Of a stretch of DNA of 43,601 nucleotides, positions 10,452 through 19,910 are shown piece by piece. The position numbers and the translations under genes were made by a program. Source of the stretch: Prorocentrum cordatum (Eukaryota); contig CAUYUJ010000226.1 in assembly GCA_963575745.1 (NCBI GenBank), positions 620,001 to 663,601 on the forward strand, read 5' to 3'. The notes beneath the pieces were generated by a model. It was given only the letters and a program-made list of their open reading frames with translations. It did no database searches and was not told the origin of the DNA. Each line of letters begins with the position of its first letter. Positions within the stretch are counted from its first letter, which is position 1.

Positions 10452-11924
10452 ATGACAATGAGAAGCCCTCTCCCTTCTATTTTCCTGACCGTAATGCTCC
10501 GCCCGTTCTCTCCCCCGCTTCCGCCCCATGGCGGCTCCTCCGTAAACGTCTTGGCTCATGCCGTTCTGTCTGAGGATGATCCGCCGAGGGGCCTGCGCGA
10601 CCCGCGCCCGCCCCGGCCCCGGGCGAGGGGCGCGCCTGACCCGCGAGGGCGCTCATGGGGCCTGGTCTCGCGCCTGGCCCCGCGGTCCGCGCGGGGGGCA
10701 AGGCTGGGGCTGAGCCCGCCGGCTGTGCGACCATCCGCTGCAGGGCGCAAGCGGTGGCAGATAGACGTGGGCGGCTGCAACGAGGTCGACGACAGCGGCA
10801 GCACCGCGAGCGAGCAGAGCGGAGGCAAGCGCGCCGCCCCGAAGCGGGCGGCTGCGCTGAGGAAGAAGGCCCGCCAGCGGCGGTCGAAGTTCCTCTCCAA
10901 GGCGGCGACCAGGGCCATGAATGGCGGGCTCAACTTCCTCGAGGCCAGCAGCGTCACGAAGCCCGTGCGGGAGCGGTGCGAGAGGGGCGTTGTGGAGTTC
11001 ATCGCCTACTGCGACCGCCCCCTGGCCATGGCGCTGAGATCGGCCGCCCAAGTGGACGAGGCGCTGCCCCAGTATTTCAACTACCAGTTTTTCCAGGGCC
11101 ACGGGGCGGCCAAGGGAGAACAGGTCTTAGCTGGCCTCATGTACTCGAGGCCGGAGTTCGGCAAGTGGGGCTCCCAGAAGCTGCCCAATGCCTGGCGAGC
11201 GCTGCGAGGCTGGCGCAAGCGGGCGCCCGCTCGCAGCCGCCAGGCGTGGGCCTTGGGAGTCTGGGCCACCCTAGCGCGGCGCCTGGACGCGACCCAGGGG
11301 CTGCTGATGTGCGCGCTCCTCGTGTTGCGGAGGATGCGGAGGAGGGTGCTCATCAAGCCAACGCCCGGCGTCTCCAAGAGCTGGAGCATCCTCTTCTTCC
11401 CCAGCGATCGCATCGAGAGGTCGAAGACGGGCCTGGCGGATGTGTGCATTGCCCTCGACAGCGAGTGGGCGCAGTGCTTGACTCCGCTCTGGCCGCTGCT
11501 GGTCAAGGGCGATCCCGACGGCCTCGTGTTCACTTTCGAGTATCCGGCCTACATGCGTGCCTTCAAGAGCAGCGTGAAGGAGCTGGGCATAGAGGACAGG
11601 ATCATCCCATACCAGACGCGCCACAGCGGACCCTCCATAGATGCGTCGAGGGGCTGGCGCACGGCCGACGAGGTCCAGCGTCGAGGGCAATGGAAGCAAG
11701 TCAGGTCAACGATCCGCTACGAGAAGGGGGCCAGGCTGGGAGAGAGCTGGGCCAGGCCCCACCCAAGGTTCCAAATCGCATGCGAGTTGTGCGAAAGACA
11801 TCTATCGGACATCGTGCTGCGACGCCCTCGCGAAGTCAGCCCTCACTTGCCGGGCGCTGCGGGCGGGGCGAAATCCTCGTCGACTGCTTCGCGGGGAGCG
11901 GCGCCGTCAGCGCAGCGGGCCTGA
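10452..11924 (+). CDS. tyrosine recombinase of the DIRS-like element (true start uncertain; probably internally deleted)
   Basis: ERSKTG...IIPYQTRHSGPS...VQRRGQWKQVRSTIRYEK supplies K, xxxR, W and the Tyr nucleophile. The first Arg box (LRPxE) is not recognisable around LLVLRRMRRR. Confidence 0.85.
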   Translation: MTMRSPLPSIFLTVMLRPFSPPLPPHGGSSVNVLAHAVLSEDDPPRGLRDPRPPRPRARGAPDPRGRSWGLVSRLAPRSARGARLGLSPPAVRPSAAGRKRWQIDVGGCNEVDDSGSTASEQSGGKRAAPKRAAALRKKARQRRSKFLSKAATRAMNGGLNFLEASSVTKPVRERCERGVVEFIAYCDRPLAMALRSAAQVDEALPQYFNYQFFQGHGAAKGEQVLAGLMYSRPEFGKWGSQKLPNAWRALRGWRKRAPARSRQAWALGVWATLARRLDATQGLLMCALLVLRRMRRRVLIKPTPGVSKSWSILFFPSDRIERSKTGLADVCIALDSEWAQCLTPLWPLLVKGDPDGLVFTFEYPAYMRAFKSSVKELGIEDRIIPYQTRHSGPSIDASRGWRTADEVQRRGQWKQVRSTIRYEKGARLGESWARPHPRFQIACELCERHLSDIVLRRPREVSPHLPGAAGGAKSSSTASRGAAPSAQRA

Positions 11925-12642
11925 GACAGGGCTGTCAGGCTAGAGGGTATGACTCTGCGAGGGGGGCTGGCGAGGACTTATGCCTTCGCCGCGTTCGCAG
12001 GCACATCCAGTGTCAAGTCCTGCGAGGCGAGGTAGCTGCAGCCAGTCTTGCGCCTCCGCGCGGGTCCTGGGGTGTAGCTGCCGTGCGCGGGGGCCACAAG
12101 ATTCGCTCAAAGAATGAACCATGGGGACTGCCGTGGAACGATCTGACCCCTCGTCAACGTGAGAGATTGCGCCTTGGCAATCAGACGTTTCGTTCTGCGT
12201 TGTGGCTGTTGAGAACATTCTGTCGCTCGCGCATACCTGTTATGTTAGAACACCCGATCAATTCACGAATTTGGCATGCGCCCGAGCTGATCCGTTTGGC
12301 TCAGCAATATATCTGCCTCTTTGTTACTTTGGACCAGTGTGGGCACGGTGCTAGATGGAGGAAGCGAACCAAACTTCCTCTTTGCAATGTGTTCCCCGAG
12401 GACCTCTCAAAGCTCTCACGGGTCTTCTGAGGTTCAAAGGGTGCTGCTTCTTTTCGGGGAAACAACCTGTTATCCTAGAAGGTCTGGCCTCTCCGGGGGT
12501 AGAATGGACAGCTGTTGCTGCCGCCAACCCCAGGAAGCTTGCCGATTTCATGGCGCAGACACGTCTTGCTCCCTCTAGGCTCGCGCGTGCTAGCCACTTA
12601 GAGAAGTCGCTTTTTGAACGCCCACCCACTGCCACCCTGTGA
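11870..12642 (+). pseudogene. C5 cytosine DNA methyltransferase domain of the retroelement, inactivated
   Basis: VDCFAGSG (motif I), LAPPRGSW (motif IV PC, with Arg at 12059-12061), MLEHP (motif VI), DQCGHGARWRKRT (motif VIII region), then after a stop/frameshift near 12430 CFFSGKQPVILEG...WTAVAAANPRKLA. Confidence 0.88.
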
Positions 12643-12652
12643 ACCATTCGGG

Positions 12653-12747
12653 CTCGGGGTTGTCCAGTTTGGATCGTGTCAGAGCCCTCGCTATGACGGA
12701 CGATGCGCAGTAGCAGAATTGCTTACCGCCTGGAGAAAGCATGCAGA
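12653..12747 (+). repeat. internal repeat B1
   Basis: ggggttgtccagtttggatcgtgtca...cgcctggagaaagcatgcaga matches 12961-13056. Confidence 0.9.
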
Positions 12748-12783
12748 ACTGTTTGTGCTTGCGCGTGAAGGTCGAGAGTGATT

Positions 12784-12905
12784 TATCCCCTTGTCGCTGA
12801 TGGAAAAGCGCTCAGAAGAACTGTTTGTGCCAGCGCTGAAGGTTGAGAGAGGCCTATCCCATTGTCACTACAGCGTTCTCTCCCCAGCCCTCTGTTTTTG
12901 TGCTC
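12784..12905 (+). repeat. internal repeat A2
   Basis: Copy of 5873-5994. Confidence 0.9.
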
Positions 12906-12960
12906 CTACCCGCTTACAGCTTGGAGTCACTCCAGACTCGCCCAACCCATTTCAATGCAA

Positions 12961-13056
12961 CTCTGGGGTTGTCAAGTTTGGATCGTGTCACAGCTCTCGC
13001 TATGACGGACGATGCGCAGTAGCAGAATTGTTCACCGCCTGGATAAAACATTCAGA
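12961..13056 (+). repeat. terminal repeat B2
   Basis: Copy of 12653-12747, running into (TA)n. Confidence 0.9.
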
Positions 13057-13058
13057 GC

Positions 13059-13100
13059 TATATATATATATATATATGTCTATATATATATGTATATATA

Positions 13101-13148
<48 letters not shown>

Positions 13149-13160
13149 ATATATATATAT
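13059..13160. repeat. (TA)n microsatellite
   Basis: Direct reading. Confidence 0.97.
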
Positions 13161-13168
13161 CAGAGTAG

Positions 13169-14640
13169 GGCCCCGGGGCGGTGCCTGTCATCTCCATGGG
13201 GTGTGCACGGCGCCCCCGGGAGCGTCCGAAGCGTCCCGGAGGGCCCCTTGGACCGCCAGGAACAGTTCGAGACCGCCCAAGACGGCCCGTGAGCGCTCCA
13301 AGACGCGCATAGATAGCCTCAGGAATGGCCAGGAAGGCCCGAACACGTTCCAAGAAAGCTCCATGAGGCCCCGAAGGCATCCCAAGAGGCCTCCCAAGAG
13401 AGCCCCGACAAGCCAAAATCGTTGATGTGTATCGTCTTTTCGAGGTTTTTGGCCTTCTCGCTCTTTCGGGGTTCCGACGCTCCAAGACGGCCCACGAGTC
13501 TCCCAAAACCGCTTCAAGACGGCCGAAGAGGCCCCCAAAACCGCCCCAAGACGGCCCAAAAGACCCCCAAACTCGTCCCAAGACGGCCCAGGAGAGCCCC
13601 AAGATGGCCCAGGAGCCGCCCAAAACGGTTCCAGGAGAGCCCCGACAGGGCTTCAAGACTGCCTAAGCGAGCCCTGCGGGCCCCAAGAGGGCCCCGCGAG
13701 GCCCCAAGAGGCCCCAAAGAAACCCCCAAGAGCCTCCCCGGAGGCACCCGAGAGGCCCCCAAGATGCCAAAAAATTGCCCTGAGCGCGCCCCAAGGCGTT
13801 TCCAGGAGAGCCCCACAGGCCTCCGAGAGGCCCCCAAGAGGCCCACTGGAGACCCTCAGGAGGTCGTCCCTATCATGTTCCCGGAAGGCGGTCGGGGGCG
13901 GCCCGGGGCGGTGCCTGTAATCTCCATGGGGGGTGCAGGGCGCCCCCGGGAGCGTCCGAAGCGTCCCGGAGGGCCCCTTGGACCGCCAGGAACAGTTTGA
14001 GACTGCCGAAGACGGCCCGCGAGCGCTCCAAGACGCGCATAGATAGCCTCAGGAATGGCCAGGAAGGCCCGAAGACGTTCCAAAAGAGCTCCATAAGGCC
14101 CCGAAGGCATCCCAAGAGGCCTCCCAAGAGAGCCCCGACAAGCCAAAATCGTTGGTTTTTATTTTTTTCGGGGTTTTTGGCCTTCTCGCTTTTTCGGGGT
14201 TCCGACGCTCCAAGACCGCGCACGAGTCTCCCAAAACCACTAAAAGACGGCAGAAGAGGCCCCCAAGACCGCCCCAAGACGGCCCAAGAGACTCCCAAAA
14301 TCGCCCCAAGACGGGCCAAGAGAGCCCCAAGATGGCCCAGGAGCCGCCCCAGACGGTTCCAGGAGAGCCCCGACAGGGCTTCAAGACTGCCTGAGCGAGC
14401 CCAGCGGTCCCCAAGAAGGCCCCGCGAGGCCCCAAGAGGCCCCAAACAGGCCCCCAAGAGCCTCCCCGGAGGCTCCCAGAGGCCCCCATGATGGCAAAAA
14501 ATGGCCCTGAGCGCGCCCCGAGCACCTCCAGGAGAGCCCAACAGGCCTCCGAGAGGCCCCCAAGAGGCCCAAGAGGCCCACTGGACGCCTTCAGAAGTCG
14601 TCGCCATCATGTTCCCGGAAGGCGGTCCGGGAACATGATG
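13169..14640. repeat. tandem duplication of a ~730 bp CCAAGA-family unit, ending in a perfect 15 bp-stem hairpin
   Basis: cccggggcggtgcctgt at ~13172 and ~13902 begins two collinear copies; catcatgttcccgga-aggcgg-tccgggaacatgatg at 14605-14640. Confidence 0.85.
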
Positions 14641-14994
14641 AGGGTGGCGCTTCAGGGCCATTCATGACGTGACGCCCTTTCCAGTCACGAGCAGGAGGAG
14701 AAGGCGCAAGTAGTATAGCTCTCCAGCATTCGGCTTCACGTCCGCTGGCCCCGCGCGAGTGGTTGGGGTTGAGGGGCGCACAGCGTAACGGCGTGCTTGT
14801 GTACATCGACGGCGCGCGGAGGAGGAGTCACTGAGAGCCACGACAAGCCACTAGGTGCCACAAAGCAGGACCTGGATAGGAGAAGATCTGATCACCGCAG
14901 AGTACACACAACATCCGACGAGCGGGCCTGCGACCCATAGCACACAAGCGTCATGGAGTCCGCCAATTGCCCGCCGACGGTGCCTCAAACGTGT

Positions 14995-15036
14995 ACTAGA
15001 ACCTAAGCGCGCGCGTAGCGCGCGTGGTTCTATAGT
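14995..15036 (+). repeat. ~40 bp CTAG-type GC hairpin, copy 2
   Basis: actagaacctaagcgcgcgcgtagcgcgcgtggttctatagt followed by (TA)n. Confidence 0.8.
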
Positions 15037-15242
15037 ATATATATATGTGTATATATATATATGTGTGTGTGTACGCCCCTGGGCCCCGACCCCCACCGCC
15101 GGGACATCTCCAGCCAATCCCCGGTACCGCCCAACAGGCTTGTCGTCGAAGCCCCAGGGGGCTAGGGGAAGAAAGATGGGTGCCTTCAATAGTGGGAGTC
15201 ATAGCAGGGGTCCACGAACGTGGCGGCATCAGGACCGGCACG

Positions 15243-15990
15243 TTTGTTTATGTTGTTATTGTTGGGGGGTTCACAATCTGACGCCTCTGAGGAATTGTGA
15301 TCCACGTCGCGTACATAAAAGGCATATAGTCTTGACAACAACTCGTGATCTGAGGAGAGTCGTTCTCTGTCGTCACAGTCTGTCTCTTCCTCAGCACCTG
15401 GTTCACAAAACATGCAGCGACTGAAAAAAACATCTACTCTGCAAGTCCTTGACACATACGTGGCAGGTAGGTCATTTTATAGCTGGGTTCGAAGGCCCCG
15501 CCTTGAGGCTTGCCAAAGGGGGTCTGATGCGTGCCCTTTGGGTGCGCACAACGGCCGTGGGACTTCTGAGAGAGCCCTGGGAATCGGATGCCCAAGAGCC
15601 TCGTGGGAGTCTTGCTGAATGTAGTGGGGTCCTGGTCTTGGTGGTTGCACTGATCGACACCACGGTTGTCACAGGTGGGGCCGCCATAAGAGCTTGGATG
15701 CGGTCCCCTTGGAAGCTCGAGGGGGCCTGTGGTTGCCATACTGCTGGTTGCCCGAGGTACTACCAGTAAAATGACAGCCGAGTCAGTACATCAGTGACCA
15801 CAGGAGCTGATTCCCTATATCCAACTGTACTGATTGTCGTGGCGAAGCTCAGGGAAACCCTCAGAACCATTCGCGGGTGCGGAGCGAGGGTGGCCATCTC
15901 GTGCTATCTGGTAGCACATCAGGTTTCGCAGGGGGGGCCCTCCCTGTGTCCCACACGCGCCGTACAAGGACATGTGAGGCCCAGGCTTGT
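15243..15990 (-). pseudogene. second C5 DNA methyltransferase remnant, probably the 3' end of a DNMT-carrying LINE
   Basis: Minus strand, across frameshifts: WASHVLVRRV..GGPPCET*CATR (Cys codon 15928-15930), then VDQCNH...KTPTRLL...RCAHPKGTHQTPFG...YLPRMCQGLAE, an acidic tail, and aacaataacaacataaacaaa as an A-rich 3' end. Confidence 0.7.
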
Positions 15991-16439
15991 ATAGTATCCT
16001 GGTTGTGTATTCTCTGCGGAAGAGGGAGGAAGAGGAGGAGGGAGGCGGAAAAATTGGAGACCAGAGCGCCCTATTCAAAACGACGAGCCAAAGCAGGAGG
16101 GTTGATAATAGTACTACCAGCACTGGTGTTTCACCCTTTTGCTTCCTCTTGCTCCTCGAGCCGACAGTCGGCGCCGCGTATTGACGGTGCACGCGGGCTC
16201 AGAGGAGCCCTCGGTCTGGGTCAGGGGCTGCGGCCTGCAGGCCAGAGGGAGCTTAGTTTGCGACGGCATGCTCTTGGCGTGTCGGGGCAGCTTCGCTTGG
16301 AAGGGGCATATCTGATTTGCTCGTTGTATGGAGTTAGCGGTCGAGCATGCGAATCAGAATCCCCGCCCTTGCACATCGAACCTTGCCAACATATGCTGTA
16401 GTATGCTGTCTCATACGCTACTGTGTCATAGTATAGTGG

Positions 16440-16930
16440 ATTCCAGCTTCGGAGCCGAACGCCCTAAGATGGCCCTAAGATCGCCCAAGAAGCTCCCAAA
16501 GACGGCTCCCAAGCTGGCCAGATAGGTCCCAAGATTGCCGAAGAGGCGCCCAGGACAGCTCCGGACCACCCACCCACGATGAACCCGAGAGCGGGAGCAG
16601 GAGCCCAACAGCGGGAGCCCAAGATGAGCCCAAGAGCGGGAGCAGGAGGCTTCCAGAGACCTCCGAGAGGACTCCGGGACCCCCCAGAGGCTTCCTACAC
16701 ACCCCAGACCCCTGAGAGGCCTCCAAAAAAGCCCCGACGAGGCCCCAAAAACAGCCCAAGAGAGCTTGGGGAGCCGTCCCGAGAGAGCCCGAGAAGGGTG
16801 AAATCGTTGATTTCCGCTGTTTGTTTTTCTGTGTTTTTCGCCTTTTCACGTTTTCCCGCTTCCAACGCTGAAAGCCGAAGAGTTTGAGAAAATATAGATT
16901 TCAGAGGCTGCCACAGGGCCTCCAAAAAAA
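16440..16930. repeat. CCAAGA/GGCCC repeat family copy
   Basis: Same motifs as 4480-5560 and 13169-14640. Confidence 0.7.
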
Positions 16931-16988
16931 ACCCTGGATGGAAGAAGCGGCACAACTTATAGTCCATGAGTAAGCGCATCAAACCTAG

Positions 16989-17030
16989 CTAGAACTAGAG
17001 CGCGCGCGAAGCGCGCGCGATGGTTCTAGT
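16989..17030 (+). repeat. ~40 bp CTAG-type GC hairpin, copy 3
   Basis: ctagaactagagcgcgcgcgaagcgcgcgcgatggttctagt; its TAG (17027-17029) is the in-frame stop bounding the Tpt1-like frame. Confidence 0.85.
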
Positions 17031-18730
17031 CAGCGTATATAAGGATACCGGGTTTAACCATTCCAGGTGCACCTTGGTATTTCATTCATGGTACCAAATG
17101 GGAAAATTTCCCGAATCTACTTCATAGGACTGCCATGCCTCGCAGACAGTTTGTTCATGCGTGTCCCGATCTACCTGGTGACCACAGGATCCAGTCCGTC
17201 CTGCGCGCCGACTCCGAAGTACCATTTATGGCTAGTTTGAAAAACTTGCTTCGTGATAGTCTGTTTATTTGGCGTTCCGCAGATAATTTTATTATGTCGG
17301 CAGGCAGGAACGGCAGAATTCCCCCGACTCACATCGTCCAGTTCATAGGTATTCTGCCCAACGATAAGTGCATGCATGACCGCGTGGGACATGTTTGGAT
17401 CAATCCCTCGTGCGTGTGGGGAAACGAGCAGAACTATATGAACCATGATTTTTACTTCGACGAGTTGTACGAATCTCGAAATAATGCATCATCGTTAAAG
17501 CATTGGTTTATCCCAAAGACCCCCTACAATTTGAAGTGTCCCGAACCGACGCCCATCCAGGAGGTCGACTTCTCTACGGTATCTATGATGCAAGCAGGGT
17601 ACCGAGCGGGGACATCTGCAGGGGGATCCGACGGATCATGGATTCAGGCCCAGAGTGTGGACGTGACTGGTATGACATCGAGCGGGATTACTCCCAACGA
17701 CATGCTGTACGCCAACGATCCGTGGCGTGCCCAGACACAGCAGCTGCCAGTACCTGCAGGGCAACCTGCGTCGTTTGCAGTTATGAGTAAGGCCGCGACT
17801 CCCTTTGGGACTCCGCAGAGTGCTGGGAGCACCAACAGCCTACAGGCGAGGCTCCAGAACATTCGGATGGACCCACAGCTCTACCAGGCCTTGCAGGCGA
17901 CATCGCCTTTCGCATCCCCGCGTCCAATTGCGGGGCAACCTGCGCTCCCTGACCACAGCGCTGCACAGAGGACAAGGGGCTTGGCTGGTCAGCAACAGTG
18001 GATGTACCGGCAAATGCGCGAAACCGCACAGAGTACGCGTAGGGATGGCATCGACCTCCCTAGAGCTAGCTGTGCGCCGCCTTGGGAGTATGTCCCGGAC
18101 CCAAATCCATCACTGGACAACCCCAATAGGTACGGATACGTGCCGGCGTTCTTCAGTCATCCGACATATGATCCGACAGCCGCAGAGCGTCCCACAGCAC
18201 CACCGATGGACTTCCCATTGCATCCTGCCTACCATGCTCAGGTGACGGGTAACCCTCGCGTGGGAACGCAGCCGGAGAACCCGTCTGTACGGGCGACAGC
18301 CGACGACTTCTATCAGTCTCAGTTGACACGCGGCTCTGGCCACACGTCAGGTGCGCTCGGTCAGAGTCTTCATTATGGATATATGGCTACCCCTATGGAT
18401 TCAGATGTGACGCAACAGGCCCCCGGCCTGGTAGCGCCGTCATCCATGGGGGAGTTTCGCCCAGAGATCCTGGCCATCCACGAGGCGCAACAGGCCAACC
18501 TTTCAATGCAGTTGGCCCGCCAGCGTCGCAACCGCGAGCGGCAGGCAAACAGGATGCTGGGTCGCGCGGGGCAACTTGCTACTCCAATCGCAGCAGGGGG
18601 ACCTGCATGCAACCTGGCAGCGCTTGCAGCCATGCAGCCACCGATCCAGCATGAGATTTGTGAAACCACTCCTGGAGCGCCAGACGCGTACCAGGTCATC
18701 GGCAACGCCACCGGTCATCAGCGACGGTAA
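17030..18730 (+). pseudogene. 5'-truncated polyprotein frame starting with a Tpt1/KptA (RNA 2'-phosphotransferase) NAD+-binding domain, then a long P/Q/A-rich linker
   Basis: The frame is open from 17030, upstream of the listed ATG: PWYFIHGTKWENFPNLLHRTAMPRRQFVHACPDLPGDHRIQSVLRADSEV...LLRDSLFIWRSADNFIMSAGRNGRIPPTHI. This follows the Tpt1 C-domain pattern HGT...MxRxHxH...LPGD..SGMR..EV...F.RS.N.VI...G.NG.IPP. Confidence 0.8.
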
Positions 18731-18740
18731 CATTAACAAA

Positions 18741-18909
18741 TGTGCCATATGCCTGGACTGCTTCATCCATCACGACAAGGTCAGGAGGCTTCAGCGCGGC
18801 CGCATAGTCCATGCACGGTGTTGGGACCGAGTGGCGCACCCTCATGTGGAGACATCTGGCGGGTATTTTGGAAGGTGCTGCAACTGAGGCTCCCTGCGCC
18901 ATTTGCAGG
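18741..18909 (+). pseudogene. degenerate RING-H2 zinc finger
   Basis: CAICLDCFIHHDKVRRLQRGRIVHARCW...(frameshift)...APCAICR; six of eight ligands are present and the third and fourth are both CGC (Arg). Confidence 0.75.
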
Positions 18910-18937
18910 GGCGTTGGTCTAATCACAGCTGAATTTC

Positions 18938-19910
18938 ATGATGCCCTCGCCGGAGATCAAGATGCAGCAAATCGTCATGCAGAAATATTCCGAGGGGGCT
19001 AACGAGCTCAGGGACCTTCGCGAAGCGCTCCACCTCATCGCGGCGATGATGACGAACAACACGGCAGTTGCCGCGACAACACCCGCGGGGGAACCTGCTC
19101 CATCAGCCGATGCGGTGCAGGCGACAGCAGCCGCTACGCCTGCTAGTGGTGCGCCTATGCAACTGGTAGCGGAAACAGCCGACAACGCAGGGGCACCTGC
19201 TACGATTGCACCTGCAGCGGTGCCGGACAATGATATGTGGTTGAGGCGCATGGAGAGGGCCACCGGAATGAGCACGCAGCGGCTTCAATCTCCACATACA
19301 CACGCGCCCTATGGGCGAGACATCCGCCCGCGTGGCCAGCGCAGGACGGCGAGCCCGGCGAGCGCGCGTAGCGGCATCAGTGCGATGACCGACTGCGACG
19401 CGCTGCGCACTTTGTTGATGGTGAACACAGATGGCCAAGTAGCCTTGCGCACTGACGCGGACACGTTGATGAACATGCCGCTCGCATCTGCACCGCGCCC
19501 GCACACGCCCGACGAGCATCCCGCGGCTTGGATTTTTGAGAAGAACCCCATTGCGGAGGAGGCCCGCGGATAGATGCACGTTTTCACGTCTCTGACGAGG
19601 AACGATCGGGCGGTGGAGCAGAGATGCCGCAAGGGCATGCACGGTACAACGCTGCCTGAAGTGCCAGGAATTTTCGGGGGACGACATGAATTGGCCCTGG
19701 CTGCAAACAGTGGGGCCATGCTGGATGGGATGCTGGTGATCCCTCTGGATATCGGCAGCAACGTCAACATCGTCGGTCTGAAAACGGCACAGACGTTTGA
19801 ACGCGTGCCCCGCTCTCACGGACACGATGCCAAGAAGTTGAACCTGGCGAGGAGGCTTTGCGTGTCTGGAGTGGGACATGGTGCCGCTGTATGCGACAAG
19901 TCCTTCACCC
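18938..19910 (+). pseudogene. continuation of the polyprotein, ending in a retropepsin-like domain truncated by a repeat array
   Basis: ORFs 18938-19573 and 19574 onward share one frame across a single TAG. LVIPLDIGSNVNIVG...LCVSGVGHGAAVC resembles the hydrophobic-DxG motif plus flap of LTR-retrotransposon proteases (DIG rather than DTG/DSG). Confidence 0.55.

Larger units (their letters stand above)
5873..13058 (+). mobile_element. DIRS/PAT-type tyrosine-recombinase retrotransposon carrying a C5 DNA methyltransferase; decayed but near full length
   Basis: Split direct repeats A1...B1-A2-B2; co-oriented ORF0, gag-like, RT, RNase H, YR and DNMT motifs; no integrase or LTR; TA-rich microsatellites on both flanks; several stops and frameshifts. 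Confidence 0.92.

Noticed and set aside
10655..11869. 591 aa ORF as one real protein
   Set aside because: Only the last ~185 codons have DNMT motifs; the rest is an alternative frame overlapping the recombinase.
15956..15973. RAVQGH on the + strand, matching the Tpt1 N-domain motif ~1 kb upstream of the HGT domain, with plausible spacing if 15992-17029 were an insertion
   Set aside because: The opposite strand here carries several ordered DNMT motifs (GPPCET, DQC, KTPT, Y-x-PRMC), and the + frame lacks the upstream LRH and KxRF motifs. Most likely an antisense coincidence, but worth rechecking against a family consensus.
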